A DNA stretch of 63,025 bases, the filler included, from Licmophora abbreviata (Eukaryota): the NCBI GenBank assembly GCA_900291995.1. It is 10 parts of 10 records of this genome, joined end to end, with 100 filler letters (N's around TTAATTAATTAA, not from the genome) between each part and the next. Parts side by side here need not be neighbours in the genome. Positions count along the whole stretch, not along the records: positions 44,775 to 53,727 come from OLMU01002933.1; positions 53,828 to 60,176 come from OLMU01002934.1; positions 60,277 to 61,628 come from OLMU01002935.1; 7 more parts are not named here. One strand, 5' to 3'. This document shows, one piece after another, positions 49,552-60,377 of the stretch. Position numbers and translations under genes: made by a program. Every line of letters starts with the position of its first letter. Position 1 is the stretch's first letter. The notes beneath the pieces were generated by a model that was not told the origin of the DNA, did no database searches, and worked only from the letters and a program-made list of their open reading frames with translations.

Positions 49552-50595
49552 ATGGTGAAATCCATGCCTCTCAAGTGCGATTGCGAATCAAACAGTCTGC
49601 ACATGCTAGATTTGGCGCTGCGGCAGCGATGGTCCTCCGTGGCCGACCGAGCAGCAACGCATCCCAGCGAGATTGCCAAGCAAGACCGAGGTGGTTTCTG
49701 CGTGTTTCATTGGGCCTGTGCAAACGATGCTCCTCCGAACGTCATCAGTGCGCTTTTGGAGTACGATAAACGAGACAACTGCGGGCGTGGAATTCATGCG
49801 GTCGACCGACGCGGCTTGACGGCGCTCATGGTGGCGTGCTCGAACGGTGATCAATCTCTCGAGCTGGTTCAGTTGATTCTCGACGGTGCTCCAGAGCTCC
49901 TTTCAGTACAAGATAATGACGGGTGGACGGCACTACATTATGTGTGTAGCCGATGCGACAAGGAGCTCATCTTTGCACGGACCGTGGCGGAACTCATGCT
50001 AAAGATTGATCCATCCGTGGCTTCTTTGTCGACTTCCTTGGGAGAGAGTGCCTTGTTGCTTGCGTGTCGCAGTTTCAGTCCCCACATTAAATCGTATCTT
50101 GTGGGACAGGAGCTTCCTGCACACTTATTGAATCTGTGGGTTTTGGCGTCGGCCTTTACACTGAATGACGAGCCGATCAGTCTGAGGTCAATTCTGGACA
50201 TACCAGACTGTCCGCTTTTGTTGATACAGGCATCCATACGCCACTTCCCCCATTCTCTCACGGAACTAGACGACACCGGACAAACGTCACTTCACTATGC
50301 CTGCATGTTTCACGGTACACCTGGGACGATACAGAGCATTGTCAGATTTAAACCAGAGACAGCTCGAATCCAGAACGCAAAAGGAGAATTTCCCTTGGCA
50401 GTCGCTGCTCGACGCAAACTGCGGTGGGGCGTCGACCTGCAGGCCTTGCTGGATGCTCATCCTGCGGCTGTCGAAACCTTACAAGTGCCTGATACCCTGT
50501 ACCCTCGCGTATTCGCTCGCGTGGACTCTTCAACAATCTTTGAATTGTTGCTCTGCAAGCCTAGCATTGTACATTGCTACAAAATGAGAGAGTAG
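49552..50595 (+). CDS. Ankyrin repeat protein
   Basis: GLTALMVAC, GWTALHYVC, GESALLLAC, GQTSLHYAC, GEFPLAVA. Confidence 0.88.
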   Translation: MVKSMPLKCDCESNSLHMLDLALRQRWSSVADRAATHPSEIAKQDRGGFCVFHWACANDAPPNVISALLEYDKRDNCGRGIHAVDRRGLTALMVACSNGDQSLELVQLILDGAPELLSVQDNDGWTALHYVCSRCDKELIFARTVAELMLKIDPSVASLSTSLGESALLLACRSFSPHIKSYLVGQELPAHLLNLWVLASAFTLNDEPISLRSILDIPDCPLLLIQASIRHFPHSLTELDDTGQTSLHYACMFHGTPGTIQSIVRFKPETARIQNAKGEFPLAVAARRKLRWGVDLQALLDAHPAAVETLQVPDTLYPRVFARVDSSTIFELLLCKPSIVHCYKMRE

Positions 50596-50693
50596 CTGTT
50601 CGATGTTTGCTCAGAGCTTTGAGTGTATAGCTGGATTCCATATCTCATGTAACTACATTCTATCGTATATTGTACAGTCCTTGATCAAGAGTT

Positions 50694-52388
50694 CTAGCAC
50701 GATGGTGCGTTCATGATTGGATCCGTCGCACTGTATTGCATTTGAATCAGTTCGCTATCCAGATTCACCAATCGCACAGAATCACTCTTGCCTTCGTCGG
50801 TGGGCATGCTCGTCACTGGCTCGTCTTGACCGTCGTCCATCATTTCTTCCTTGGCCATCAAACAATATCGTTTCTCGTGACATCCATAGGCATGCGGCTT
50901 GAGTTCAATTACGTTGTTCAATGGGATACTGACGAAAGGAGCGTCTTTGCGGTCCAGGCCCATAAAGTAGGCATACAAAATTCGAAGAATACCCTGGTGT
51001 GCGACGATCAAGACTGGTTCACGGGTTCGCTCCATCTCTTGCGCGACCGGCTCAAGACGAAGTGTCACGTCCATATACGATTCACCACGCGGATACCGAT
51101 ACGCCAGCTTGTCGGCTTGTCGAAGCGCAAACTCTTCTGGATACGCTTCTTCAATCTCCTTGTAAGTCATGCCATCCATCACGCCAGCATACAGCTCGTC
51201 TAGATTCCGTCGTGCCATGGGACGAAATTGGACCCAATCCATGGTATCGCCATTGTCCCACGTATGCTCAATCGACGGATGATTGATGAACTGAGCAGTC
51301 TCTTTGGTACGTCTAAGGGTGGAAGTCCACAATCTCGCCGGAACCTGGACTCGTTTCTCCTCTCCTGTCTTTTCATCAATCCCGACTCTGGTGGACATTT
51401 GAGTTCCCGCGAAATTCGCCAATCTCCTTGCATACTCGAGCCCCGCTGGTGATAGACCTGAGTCCCCACCGATCTTGCCGAGTAGATTGTACTCCGATTG
51501 TCCGTGCCGAGTCATATAAAACGTTCGGGGCAGCGTGTGCAGATTCATAACAAAGTGAGTCACCTTCAACGGAAGATATCCGCGAATGTTCCTCACAATG
51601 AACTCCGTCGAGTCGACAATTTTTATATAATGGCCATCGCTCGCATCAAGGGGTTCGTAAATTCTCATGTACTGCTCGCGTCGCTTCAAGAAGTCCGCCA
51701 TGGCTTCATCCTTGTCCATGTTCTTGTAGTCGGGCGTATTGAGATTGACCGTCCGAATGTTCTGCACTAATACTTCGGGAGACTCACAAATACTTTCGAT
51801 AAACATCATTTTCGCTCCCACCTTGCGTTCCTTCAGAAACTGTAAAATCTGCGTTCGCCAGGCCTTGGTGGAATTGGTGGCATCCAACGCCGCGACGCGA
51901 ACGCCGTCGCGCATCATGTACGCGGCAAGATCCGTCAGTGCTGCCTTGCAGGCAAGATTCCTGGCCTTGACGGCTTCTGGATTGTTGGGATCGTAGAAAC
52001 TAGCATCGACGTGAGCTCCGAAGAGCTGCCGTCGATAGTCGCTGGCGTTGAAAATAGCGCTGGGGATGTCGTGGAAGAAGCTAAGGAAGCGACAAATTCT
52101 CTTGGCAATGTGGGTCTTGCCGGTGGCGGGTAGCCCCACCATGATAATGACAAGCTTGTCCGTAGCGGTAGAACCAGTGACTTCGAGCGGAGTCGCGTTG
52201 TCTCCCTCGGTGAGTTTGTGAGGAGTCGGATTGTCCACGTGGTCGGGATACGGAAAGAGCGAGGAAGCGCGGGGGCGTCGTGGTGTGTCGATGCTGATTG
52301 CGAATTCATGGGGAGGCGCTGAGCTTTCATGGGCCCCGTCGTCTTGTTGGAGGGCCGATGACGCCGGCATGGCAGGTTCCGATGACAT
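50694..52388 (-). CDS. PFKFB: 6-phosphofructo-2-kinase/fructose-2,6-bisphosphatase
   Basis: MVGLPATGKT, DATN, TRHGQS, RYPRGESY, VAHQG. Confidence 0.95.
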   Translation of the reverse strand: MSSEPAMPASSALQQDDGAHESSAPPHEFAISIDTPRRPRASSLFPYPDHVDNPTPHKLTEGDNATPLEVTGSTATDKLVIIMVGLPATGKTHIAKRICRFLSFFHDIPSAIFNASDYRRQLFGAHVDASFYDPNNPEAVKARNLACKAALTDLAAYMMRDGVRVAALDATNSTKAWRTQILQFLKERKVGAKMMFIESICESPEVLVQNIRTVNLNTPDYKNMDKDEAMADFLKRREQYMRIYEPLDASDGHYIKIVDSTEFIVRNIRGYLPLKVTHFVMNLHTLPRTFYMTRHGQSEYNLLGKIGGDSGLSPAGLEYARRLANFAGTQMSTRVGIDEKTGEEKRVQVPARLWTSTLRRTKETAQFINHPSIEHTWDNGDTMDWVQFRPMARRNLDELYAGVMDGMTYKEIEEAYPEEFALRQADKLAYRYPRGESYMDVTLRLEPVAQEMERTREPVLIVAHQGILRILYAYFMGLDRKDAPFVSIPLNNVIELKPHAYGCHEKRYCLMAKEEMMDDGQDEPVTSMPTDEGKSDSVRLVNLDSELIQMQYSATDPIMNAPSC

Positions 52389-53019
52389 GGTGGAGAGGAT
52401 GTAGGACGATTGCAGTCAACGCATGGAGAACAATATGAACACCGCTCACATTGCCGCCGCTTCAGCCAACATGTTGTGTGTGTTTTGTTCGCTCGTCGTC
52501 TGTTGTGTGTGGGTTCGCGTTGTTCCATGTTGAATGTTGGGATTCGAGCTATGGATCCACGTTTGAGAGGTCAGAGATCTTGCCCTTCGGATTCGCATTC
52601 GATTTGAAAAAAAGAGAAGCGATGCGCGCCCGCCCTCTCATCGTTGTCTCATGCAGTTTTGGAACAAAGCCGCCGCGATGAGCGCAACATGCTGATGGGA
52701 GCCTGTTCAATCAATCCAGTTGTTACTCAACAGTCAATCGCAATTTCGTAGCTACGGCTCCATCACCTTGCTTGTCGAGTTTTGAAATAGGTAAGACAGC
52801 AGCACCAAAAGACATCAAGTTCAATGTGCTCACAAGTATACTCCTAAAAAAGGCCGTGGGATATGACCAAAATACTATTCTAAATAATGACAGTTGTTAC
52901 ATTTGGAACTTGCTGATCGAGGTGCGAGTTGGTTCAGCCATAGACAAACTCTGTAGTTTGACACTCGGGTTAAAGATCCATCCGGTTCTGTACAACGGAT
53001 GTCCTCCTCGTCGATCGCT

Positions 53020-53382
53020 CTAGTTGCTCTCGGTCACAAGATCTGGCGCGCCGGAATCATGATAGATCATGCTGTTGGCATATCTTGAGAGCTCTGCATC
53101 AAACAGCTTTCTAGGAGCCAGAAGTACTCTAGAACTAGGTGGAATGTATGTCTCGTTCACGTCGTCCATTGGTAGAAACGGAAGTTTAGTTTGTTCGGAA
53201 GCGTCTTGTTGGTTTGGCAGAGTGGTGAAGGTAGAATCTTGGTCGTCCCGCTCTTCGGGGCTCGTCTTTCGGCGCGAAGAAGGAGCTTTGCAACCTCGTT
53301 GAATGATCTGTTCGAGCGTCAATATGTCGCTTCGTCGAGGAGATGTGATGCAGGTGTTGGAAGATGTGGTGCTGCTGTTCAT
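53020..53382 (-). CDS. Small hypothetical protein (120 aa, low complexity)
   Basis: ATG ORF with an AACATG context filling an intergenic slot; no recognisable domain. Confidence 0.4.
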   Translation of the reverse strand: MNSSTTSSNTCITSPRRSDILTLEQIIQRGCKAPSSRRKTSPEERDDQDSTFTTLPNQQDASEQTKLPFLPMDDVNETYIPPSSRVLLAPRKLFDAELSRYANSMIYHDSGAPDLVTESN

Positions 53383-53727
53383 GTTGCTGTGATTATATTC
53401 AAGTGTTCTTTCTTCTATTGACGGCGTTGATTTTGTGACGACGAGACATCACGCGGAGAAGAACCGGAGCAAGCCAGAGCGCATAAGAAGTCGATCCCAC
53501 AAAGTGAGCCGGCTATATCCAAACATACACCTCCTTCTGGCTTGCTATATCGCAGGCAGGACTCGCCCGGCGCGTGCGGGAAGTTGGAAAGAGAGGCTCG
53601 CGTGGAGTCTGTCCTTCATTCTTCAGATCGAACTGTCAGTGGGCAAGTGTGAGTCAAGAGTGAGTCAGTCACGGATCACCCGAGCCGCGAGATACACAAC
53701 CCGACGAAAACGACCATGGCTTTCTTC

Positions 53728-53827
53728 NNNNNNNNNNNNNNNNNNNNNNNNNNNNNNNNNNNNNNNNNNNNTTAATTAATTAANNNNNNNNNNNNNNNNN
53801 NNNNNNNNNNNNNNNNNNNNNNNNNNN
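53728..53827. other. Artificial linker; flanks overlap by 25 bp, so no real gap
   Basis: GACGAAAACGACCATGGCTTTCTTC occurs at 53703-53727 and 53828-53852. Confidence 0.97.
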
Positions 53828-53840
53828 GACGAAAACGACC

Positions 53841-54482
53841 ATGGCTTTCTTCATTGTGGCGCCAGCGCCGACGGAAGTTCAGTTTGACAGAGGCCAAGAG
53901 TCTCATCTTATGGTTCCATTAACATCCGTACACTATACACAAGTCACGAACGATAACATGCTCAAGTCTTTCTTTCCCGTTGTCACAAAGAAACATATCG
54001 AACGAAAGGTTCTTCACACACCGCCTCGGCACCTGTTTCGCATCATTCAAGATGTCGACGCGTACTCCCAGTTTCTGCCTCTCTGCACCTATTCCAAAGT
54101 ATTAAAGCAATCGCTTCGTGGGAAACATTTTGATGCGACGCTGACGGTTGGACTCCCGCCGCTATTTTCAGAAACTTACACCTCGCACGTTCGAGTCGAA
54201 GAACGGGAGAACGAATGGACTGTACAATCCAAGAGCATCGAGAGCAGTCTGTTCGACTCTCTCGAGAGTCGATGGGTACTCCGACCATCAACTCCGAACG
54301 ACGATGGGTCACTGTCATGTCAGGTCAACTTTCAGGTCGAAATGAGTGTCAGGGATCCCATAGTCGCCCAGACGCTGGATCATGTTCTCCAGGAAGTCGC
54401 CGGGCGGCAAGTGGCGGCCTTTGAAACGCGCTGCGACACGATACCAATACGCGACGGGGACGGTGGTCTGCCAAAGCAATAG
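53841..54482 (+). CDS. COQ10: COQ10-like START/polyketide cyclase protein (start may be 53958)
   Basis: LFRIIQDVDAYSQFLPLCTYSKV, ATLTVG, ETYTSHV, LFDSLESRW, AFETRC. Confidence 0.85.
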   Translation: MAFFIVAPAPTEVQFDRGQESHLMVPLTSVHYTQVTNDNMLKSFFPVVTKKHIERKVLHTPPRHLFRIIQDVDAYSQFLPLCTYSKVLKQSLRGKHFDATLTVGLPPLFSETYTSHVRVEERENEWTVQSKSIESSLFDSLESRWVLRPSTPNDDGSLSCQVNFQVEMSVRDPIVAQTLDHVLQEVAGRQVAAFETRCDTIPIRDGDGGLPKQ

Positions 54483-54531
54483 CAGACGGTTCTAGCGCTC
54501 TAGCGATGATAGACATTCTATAGTGTGTTCG

Positions 54532-56727
54532 TCACGCTTCATCCCTCTTTGACGACTCATGAATCTTGGGAGACACTTGGAGATGCTTGTTCTTGCGACC
54601 GCACTGATCCACAATATATCTGGTCGTTTCCTTGTACTTGTCGTACACGTCTCGAAGATATCGCGGGTACAACTTATCCATGGTGGCATGCAATTTGTTC
54701 TCCTTCACATCATTCCAAGCCTGCTTGGCGCTTGATTCAGGATGCGGATTGTGCACAATGAAGCCCTTGGGAAGAATCGAAAACCTGTATCCCATGAAGC
54801 GAAGGTGGGATATGAGTTGGATCTTGTTCTTACCATACCCATGGAACCGTTCATCGTAGTATGGCGCTACAGGCTGAATGCTGCCATCTGAATCGTCCGT
54901 CGACGCCGAATCTTCCAAAGAAACAGGACACCACCGAAGAACAACATACGGTTCATAACGCATCGAATCAAAACACTTGACCCGTCGAATGCGCGACACG
55001 TTCAATCCCGTAGTTTCGTTCATTTTCGTATCGTACCACTTGCCCTTCAGCCACGATTCTGAATGCGTCGAATGATGACCTTCCCAATTTATCGACTGCT
55101 GAAACACAGAGCAATGCTTATCGGCAATGCAACCTCTCAATTCGTCCGTCGTCTGGGGAATGACCGAGCTGTTCCGCTGCAAGTATGCTCCGCATCCCTC
55201 TGCTGTGTCACAAGGTTCTGGCGGGATGCGTTCGAACGCAGGTACCACAATCGCTTGCTGCGACTCTAACAAATCGGGCTGCGACGTCAATGTAGAACGA
55301 ATCATTTCGTGCAAATCCATGGAAGGAAGAAAGTCCACATCGGCCACCAGAATGTGACTCGTTCGAACTGCGTCTAGACCAATGTTGCGCAATCGATTCA
55401 CCGGATAGCCTGCGTCTTGTTCCGACTCCTTCGCAGGGTACCGAAGTATCATCAGCTGCGGACACGCCAGCGTCGCGTTTCCAAGGATCGAAACCATGCT
55501 AGTGTCGCTTGTAGTAGACATTGCCGATACGTGCACGACTGCAACGATCGGGTCCTTCCATCTCGAGCAAGTCTCATGAAGTAACCACACGCGTTCCAAG
55601 CTGGTCTGTACTACCAGTGTCGTGTGGATATCGCTTGCCGAAAGGACATTTGGGCAGTTTGACGTGGGTTCGAGCTCATCCATAGTAAACAGAGTCCGTT
55701 CGGTAGAAGGCAGAGGCGCTTCAAAGACACGCTCAGGGACAGTAGACAAGGCTGCGTCTGACTTTGGAGAGGGCGTACGAGAGCTCTTTACCGTGGTTGC
55801 GCTGACAGCTAATATCGCTTTTGTAGCGTTGGCCTTGCTGCCGACACCGTTCGCGAAATCAGCAGTTCGATTTGTCCGTGGGGGTGGTGTCTCATGTGTC
55901 GTCTTGGCGGCAGCATCGACTTGAGTCACCTTCGTCTCTGCTGCTGCTGCTGCGACCTCACTCTTTTCTATTTCTGGTATTGTAAGCTTTTTCGTGACGT
56001 TGAGGGGTAGTTTTACTGTTTCATGCGGTGGTGACTCCTGATCACCATCATTTCTATGAAACCATTCCGGTACAATCCCTTCCCATATTTTACGACTGAT
56101 CTCGTGTCGCTGGGAATCACCAAATAAGAGATGATCTCGTTCCGTCTGCAGTCGAAGCGCCTGCTTTCGTTCTTCCGTAATCGAGAGCAACAACGGAAAC
56201 GAAGAAGTATCCATAATGAGATGACTCGAGCGCCCCCCAGAGAGCATTCGGCCATAGTCTAACAGTATCCGTGTCGTAGGAACTAGTATATGCCAGAGCA
56301 AGACATAGGCAACTACAAATGCAGAGGCTCCCATTCGAACCGGCGAGGAACAAAAGACACGGTACCACAGTGCACGCCGCCGTCTTCGCAGTTGATGGCG
56401 TTGCCTCATCTTGCTGTGATCCTTTCCAGGATAATGAAATTGACCTCCCAACAAGAATTTGTTGCACGTATTGCCGGCTTGAAACGTGGGCAACTGCGAT
56501 GGCGGTCTTCGAGTCGTTTTCTCATCGTCTGGACGAAAGGTCGTGGCGGTAGTGGGAAGAAAACTTTCGTGAGACTGTGCGTCATGGTGATTCCGTGGAT
56601 GCTTGCTGCTGCCACCACGATGATGATACGGGGAGGAGAGCCGTGATGATGCGGCAGACGACGCTGTAGTATTCGAAGTAGTAGTGCGACGTCTGTTGGA
56701 CCTCGATGTTATTGCTCGAGAGAACAT
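54532..56727 (-). CDS. Glycosyltransferase family 49 (LARGE/B4GAT1-like), type II membrane protein
   Basis: YPVNRLRNIG, VADVDFLPS, VVPAFE, YEPY, YDERFHGYGKNKIQ, FIVHNPH. Confidence 0.9.
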   Translation of the reverse strand: MFSRAITSRSNRRRTTTSNTTASSAASSRLSSPYHHRGGSSKHPRNHHDAQSHESFLPTTATTFRPDDEKTTRRPPSQLPTFQAGNTCNKFLLGGQFHYPGKDHSKMRQRHQLRRRRRALWYRVFCSSPVRMGASAFVVAYVLLWHILVPTTRILLDYGRMLSGGRSSHLIMDTSSFPLLLSITEERKQALRLQTERDHLLFGDSQRHEISRKIWEGIVPEWFHRNDGDQESPPHETVKLPLNVTKKLTIPEIEKSEVAAAAAETKVTQVDAAAKTTHETPPPRTNRTADFANGVGSKANATKAILAVSATTVKSSRTPSPKSDAALSTVPERVFEAPLPSTERTLFTMDELEPTSNCPNVLSASDIHTTLVVQTSLERVWLLHETCSRWKDPIVAVVHVSAMSTTSDTSMVSILGNATLACPQLMILRYPAKESEQDAGYPVNRLRNIGLDAVRTSHILVADVDFLPSMDLHEMIRSTLTSQPDLLESQQAIVVPAFERIPPEPCDTAEGCGAYLQRNSSVIPQTTDELRGCIADKHCSVFQQSINWEGHHSTHSESWLKGKWYDTKMNETTGLNVSRIRRVKCFDSMRYEPYVVLRWCPVSLEDSASTDDSDGSIQPVAPYYDERFHGYGKNKIQLISHLRFMGYRFSILPKGFIVHNPHPESSAKQAWNDVKENKLHATMDKLYPRYLRDVYDKYKETTRYIVDQCGRKNKHLQVSPKIHESSKRDEA

Positions 56728-57291
56728 TCTGTTCACTAGTGCAGACTCTAGAGTGATGGTAGTGCTGTTATGGTGGTGTTGCCGTCGTCGTCGTCGTCGT
56801 TACAAAGTCACAGCAATGCCGCATCACCGTCATGGTCGCGATGCGATGAGATTTTGAGTCGCCATGCGGGTGTCCTTCACACAGACATATATCCACAGAG
56901 TCATATACGTCTAAACGAAGAGTAACGGCACACCCACTTCCACACACTTGCACAAAGACGACCGCATTGGTATGTTTTGCACGTGGTTGGCGTGTATGTA
57001 GAAACAGTACTATCAGTCTCGGAACGGTCACATCAACGGACGGCAGAGTGGATACATGTGTACTGACGGCTACGTATTTCTACGCAGTCATTGGTTTGGT
57101 CGTGCCCTTTCGTGTCATCTGTCGTCTCGCGTGCCGCGCCAAGCAGCACTCGACGACGATTGGATTTCGTTCAACCACACACACAAAGACACAGCTCAAC
57201 ACACGACGACGGCGTCAATTCCACCACACGAGGTCAGTGAGACCACCACGTTTTCCGTTCGTGACCAAGCGCACCTCCACTGTCTTCCAAC

Positions 57292-58669
57292 ATGGTTGTG
57301 GAAGAACCTAAAAAGTCTTTGAAGAGTCGCCCGAGCAAACGCGTCAGTTTGAGCAAGGACGTCAAGTCCAGTCCCGAGAGGCCGGCCGCGGCGGAGTCGG
57401 CCAAGACGACCAAGAAAAAAACCCTCAAGAGCAAGTCGTTGCGCAAACTCCGCGGCATGATCTCAGGAGAGAGTCGTCGGGAACGTCGTGCCAAGCGCAA
57501 GGTGGAGAGAGAGGCTAGGATAGCGCAAGGCGTCGACGTTGCCAGTCTCGCTTCCGAAATGGACGAGGAATCGGTGTATAGCGTTGACTTTGACGGCAAT
57601 CCCAGCTCCCCCGCTCGATCGATGCTGGGCGGAAACAAGGACGACGAAGAATACCACTCTGATAGCTTCCCTTCTCCCTCGCTCAAGGACTTGGACCCTC
57701 TTCAGGTCCTCCTGCTGCTCATGGACCCCAAGACGCGTCGCTTTGAACTCTTGCAGCTCGAATTTGACTCCCACAAGGCAATTGCCGCCGATGTTCTCGC
57801 TCAGATTGAAGTCTCTTCCACTGAAGAATCCTTTCGCAAGATCAAGTATGTGGGTGTCTGCGATCGTTCAGGACTGGAGCTCATCAAGTCCTTGCGTCTC
57901 TCCGACTTTGTCAACGGAAACGACGTTCTCATCGCAATGCCGGTAGGAATGACAGCCAAGGAGGCATCCCATCTCGCCAAGCCGATCCTCGGCAATGAGC
58001 GGGTGACCAAACTGGTAAGACATGATGAAGCAGTGCCCCGTTCCATACAGAAATATAAGATTCGGCAACATACTCACGTTCCTGTTTATTCTTTCCTGAC
58101 TCTTTACGTTTTCTCCTCTACAGCTTCGCCGAACCGGAATCATTGAGCCATCCTCCGACGCACCTCCTGCTGCCACTCCAGCCAGCAACATGGCGGTCGC
58201 CCGCAAAACAAGTTTCATGTCCTCTGTTGGCGCGACTCTTCTTTCGGTCGCAATCTTGGTTTGCATGCTAGGAGTACTGCTCCAAGCTGCGCACCTGCAC
58301 ATGAGCGCCCCCCTCGGTCCTGGTCACATGTTGAAGCCCGGTGCGTCTCGCGCCAAGTGCGGCCTGCTATCGCTCGTACCCATGGTGTGCGAGAATTCCA
58401 GTCTCGAAATGAGCGAAAATGGGGTCTTGACCATGGTGGGTCCCGATGAGGCGGTCGAATGGAAGATTGTTGGTGGAGTCTGCCGTCCTGGTGAAGACAC
58501 GAGTGGTGGTAGTACTAGCTGTACCGATGGCTTGGTGGTAACAGAGAATGGAGGTTTGGAGATTGGGGGCCGGAGCGTCACGTCGGTGACTGTCGTCGGC
58601 GGTGCACCCATGACTCCGTGGCCATTCGTTGAGAACCCGAGATTGCGCGTCATTCGTGGAAAGAAGTAA
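57292..58669 (+). CDS. Hypothetical single-pass membrane protein, 2 exons (intron 58015-58123)
   Basis: Basic N-terminus, LLLMDPKTRRFELLQLEFD domain, TM (LLSVAILVCMLGVLL), C-terminal beta-rich Cys-containing domain. Confidence 0.75.
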
Positions 58670-58956
58670 AGCGTGTTGCATGAGTGTGTGTGTGGAGAGA
58701 TGAGGTGATCGCCTCGAAGAAAATACCAAATGGGGTTGTTTGTATTTCATGGTACATAGCTGCTCGCCGACAAGAAGATAGAGGACATTTTTGTGGAGAC
58801 GCCTGTACTCGGAAGAAATCACTACAGAGAGCTAGACAGTCGAACAAGAGTTATTGGATTCGTCTTGACAGAGTTACTTTGTATTTATTTGTAGGCATTT
58901 TCCTTGGAATGTGGTAGCATGCGGATGATGATATGGTATCGTTAATATCAATGATA

Positions 58957-60003
58957 TTAGGCCCATTGCGTCGGAGTGAGGTTGGTAGCGCCGAGTTCTT
59001 CGAGCTTCTGAAAGGCGACCGAAAAGTCCTTGTCAAACTTGGCGCCATCCTTGGCATACATGGCGACGTATTTGGCGAAGGATTTGTCCTGCAGGAGCAC
59101 AAGATCGGTGGGAAGCATCATGAGAGATCCACCAGGTCCCGCGACGTACTGGTATGGACCGCTCCAGTCCTTTTCCTTCCAGTCCAGACCGGACAAGATC
59201 GTAAAGTACGCGTTGTTAAAAGTCGTGGGTGTTGGAGTCCAGGGTCCATCGTAACCACTGGCTGTCGTATGACAACGACCCAGTGCATGGGCGCCGCTCA
59301 AGCAGACGATTTCTTGATCGTTGAAGCCCATTCGGTAGAAGACATCGCGGAGGTGAGCAGCATCTGCCTTGTCCGCTCCAGGTGGACCACTATCGGCATT
59401 CGGCAGACGACCGTCGGGGGTAACAGCGGAGGGGTCGAGTTCATCGACGCGACCGCTGCTCCACGGGATGGTAGGTCCGTTCATGGTCTTGATGGCGGCG
59501 ACCCCTCCCAGAGTGTACAGATCCGCGTAGGACAGTCCGGAGCCCTTGTACTTGTTGTAGACCGGTTCCAGCCAGGTGACTGCCGTTTCACCAAGACCAG
59601 CATTTCCGCCATGTGCCAGTTCTTCCTTGAAGCGAATCGTGCCTCCACCAGAACCTCCCGTCTTGGATATCTTGTCGTAGGTGCCGGACGAGTGCCAGGC
59701 CAATCTCACCAAGGTAGGACCCCAGTCAGGATTCTTCTTGACTAGTGCGGCAATGTCCGAAGCCACAGCCTGGTAGTCGACACTGCCTGCCGCTTGAGCA
59801 GGCTGTCCGAAGGAAACGGCCAGGGAAGCCATGACACCACTGGTCAGAAAGGCGCGGCGATCATTCAGCGTGTCATCGTCGGTTGTTCCAAATAGAGCAA
59901 TCGACGACGCCTGCTTCATCGTGTTTGGTGTTCCCACCACCGAGAAGCCTTCTGTCACACTCCAGTAGCTCAAAGCAAGGGACACAACGGATAGAAACTT
60001 CAT
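58957..60003 (-). CDS. Class I heme peroxidase (ascorbate/cytochrome c peroxidase-like), predicted thylakoid lumen
   Basis: RLAWHSSGTYD, GRLPNAD, LSGAHALG, GPWT, MLPTD. Signal peptide+F, DRRAFL Tat motif, AQA cleavage site. Confidence 0.93.
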   Translation of the reverse strand: MKFLSVVSLALSYWSVTEGFSVVGTPNTMKQASSIALFGTTDDDTLNDRRAFLTSGVMASLAVSFGQPAQAAGSVDYQAVASDIAALVKKNPDWGPTLVRLAWHSSGTYDKISKTGGSGGGTIRFKEELAHGGNAGLGETAVTWLEPVYNKYKGSGLSYADLYTLGGVAAIKTMNGPTIPWSSGRVDELDPSAVTPDGRLPNADSGPPGADKADAAHLRDVFYRMGFNDQEIVCLSGAHALGRCHTTASGYDGPWTPTPTTFNNAYFTILSGLDWKEKDWSGPYQYVAGPGGSLMMLPTDLVLLQDKSFAKYVAMYAKDGAKFDKDFSVAFQKLEELGATNLTPTQWA

Positions 60004-60176
60004 CTCGTGAAATCGTTTGGATGTTTCAGTTGTTCCGGCGGCGGTACGTATCTTTGATGGTGTCGCGGCCTGTTGATGTGTGTTTGCTGTGATGGATCTT
60101 GCGATCTTTTTTGATCTTCAAAAGATACCCGTCTGTACGTCGGACATACGCGACGCTCTCCGCTCTCCAAAAGAGA

Positions 60177-60276
60177 NNNNNNNNNNNNNNNNNNNNNNNN
60201 NNNNNNNNNNNNNNNNNNNNTTAATTAATTAANNNNNNNNNNNNNNNNNNNNNNNNNNNNNNNNNNNNNNNNNNNN
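60177..60276. other. Artificial scaffold linker
   Basis: N44-TTAATTAATTAA-N44. Confidence 0.98.
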
Positions 60277-60377
60277 GATTGCGACGCAGGATGAAGATGC
60301 GATGGGGTGCTGTGCCAACATCATCACTGTGGATATGACGCGTCCCTGCGATGGAAGGACTGTTACACGGAAGCAGC

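Noticed and set aside
58933..59745. 270-aa plus-strand ORF
   Set aside because: Antisense shadow of the heme peroxidase.
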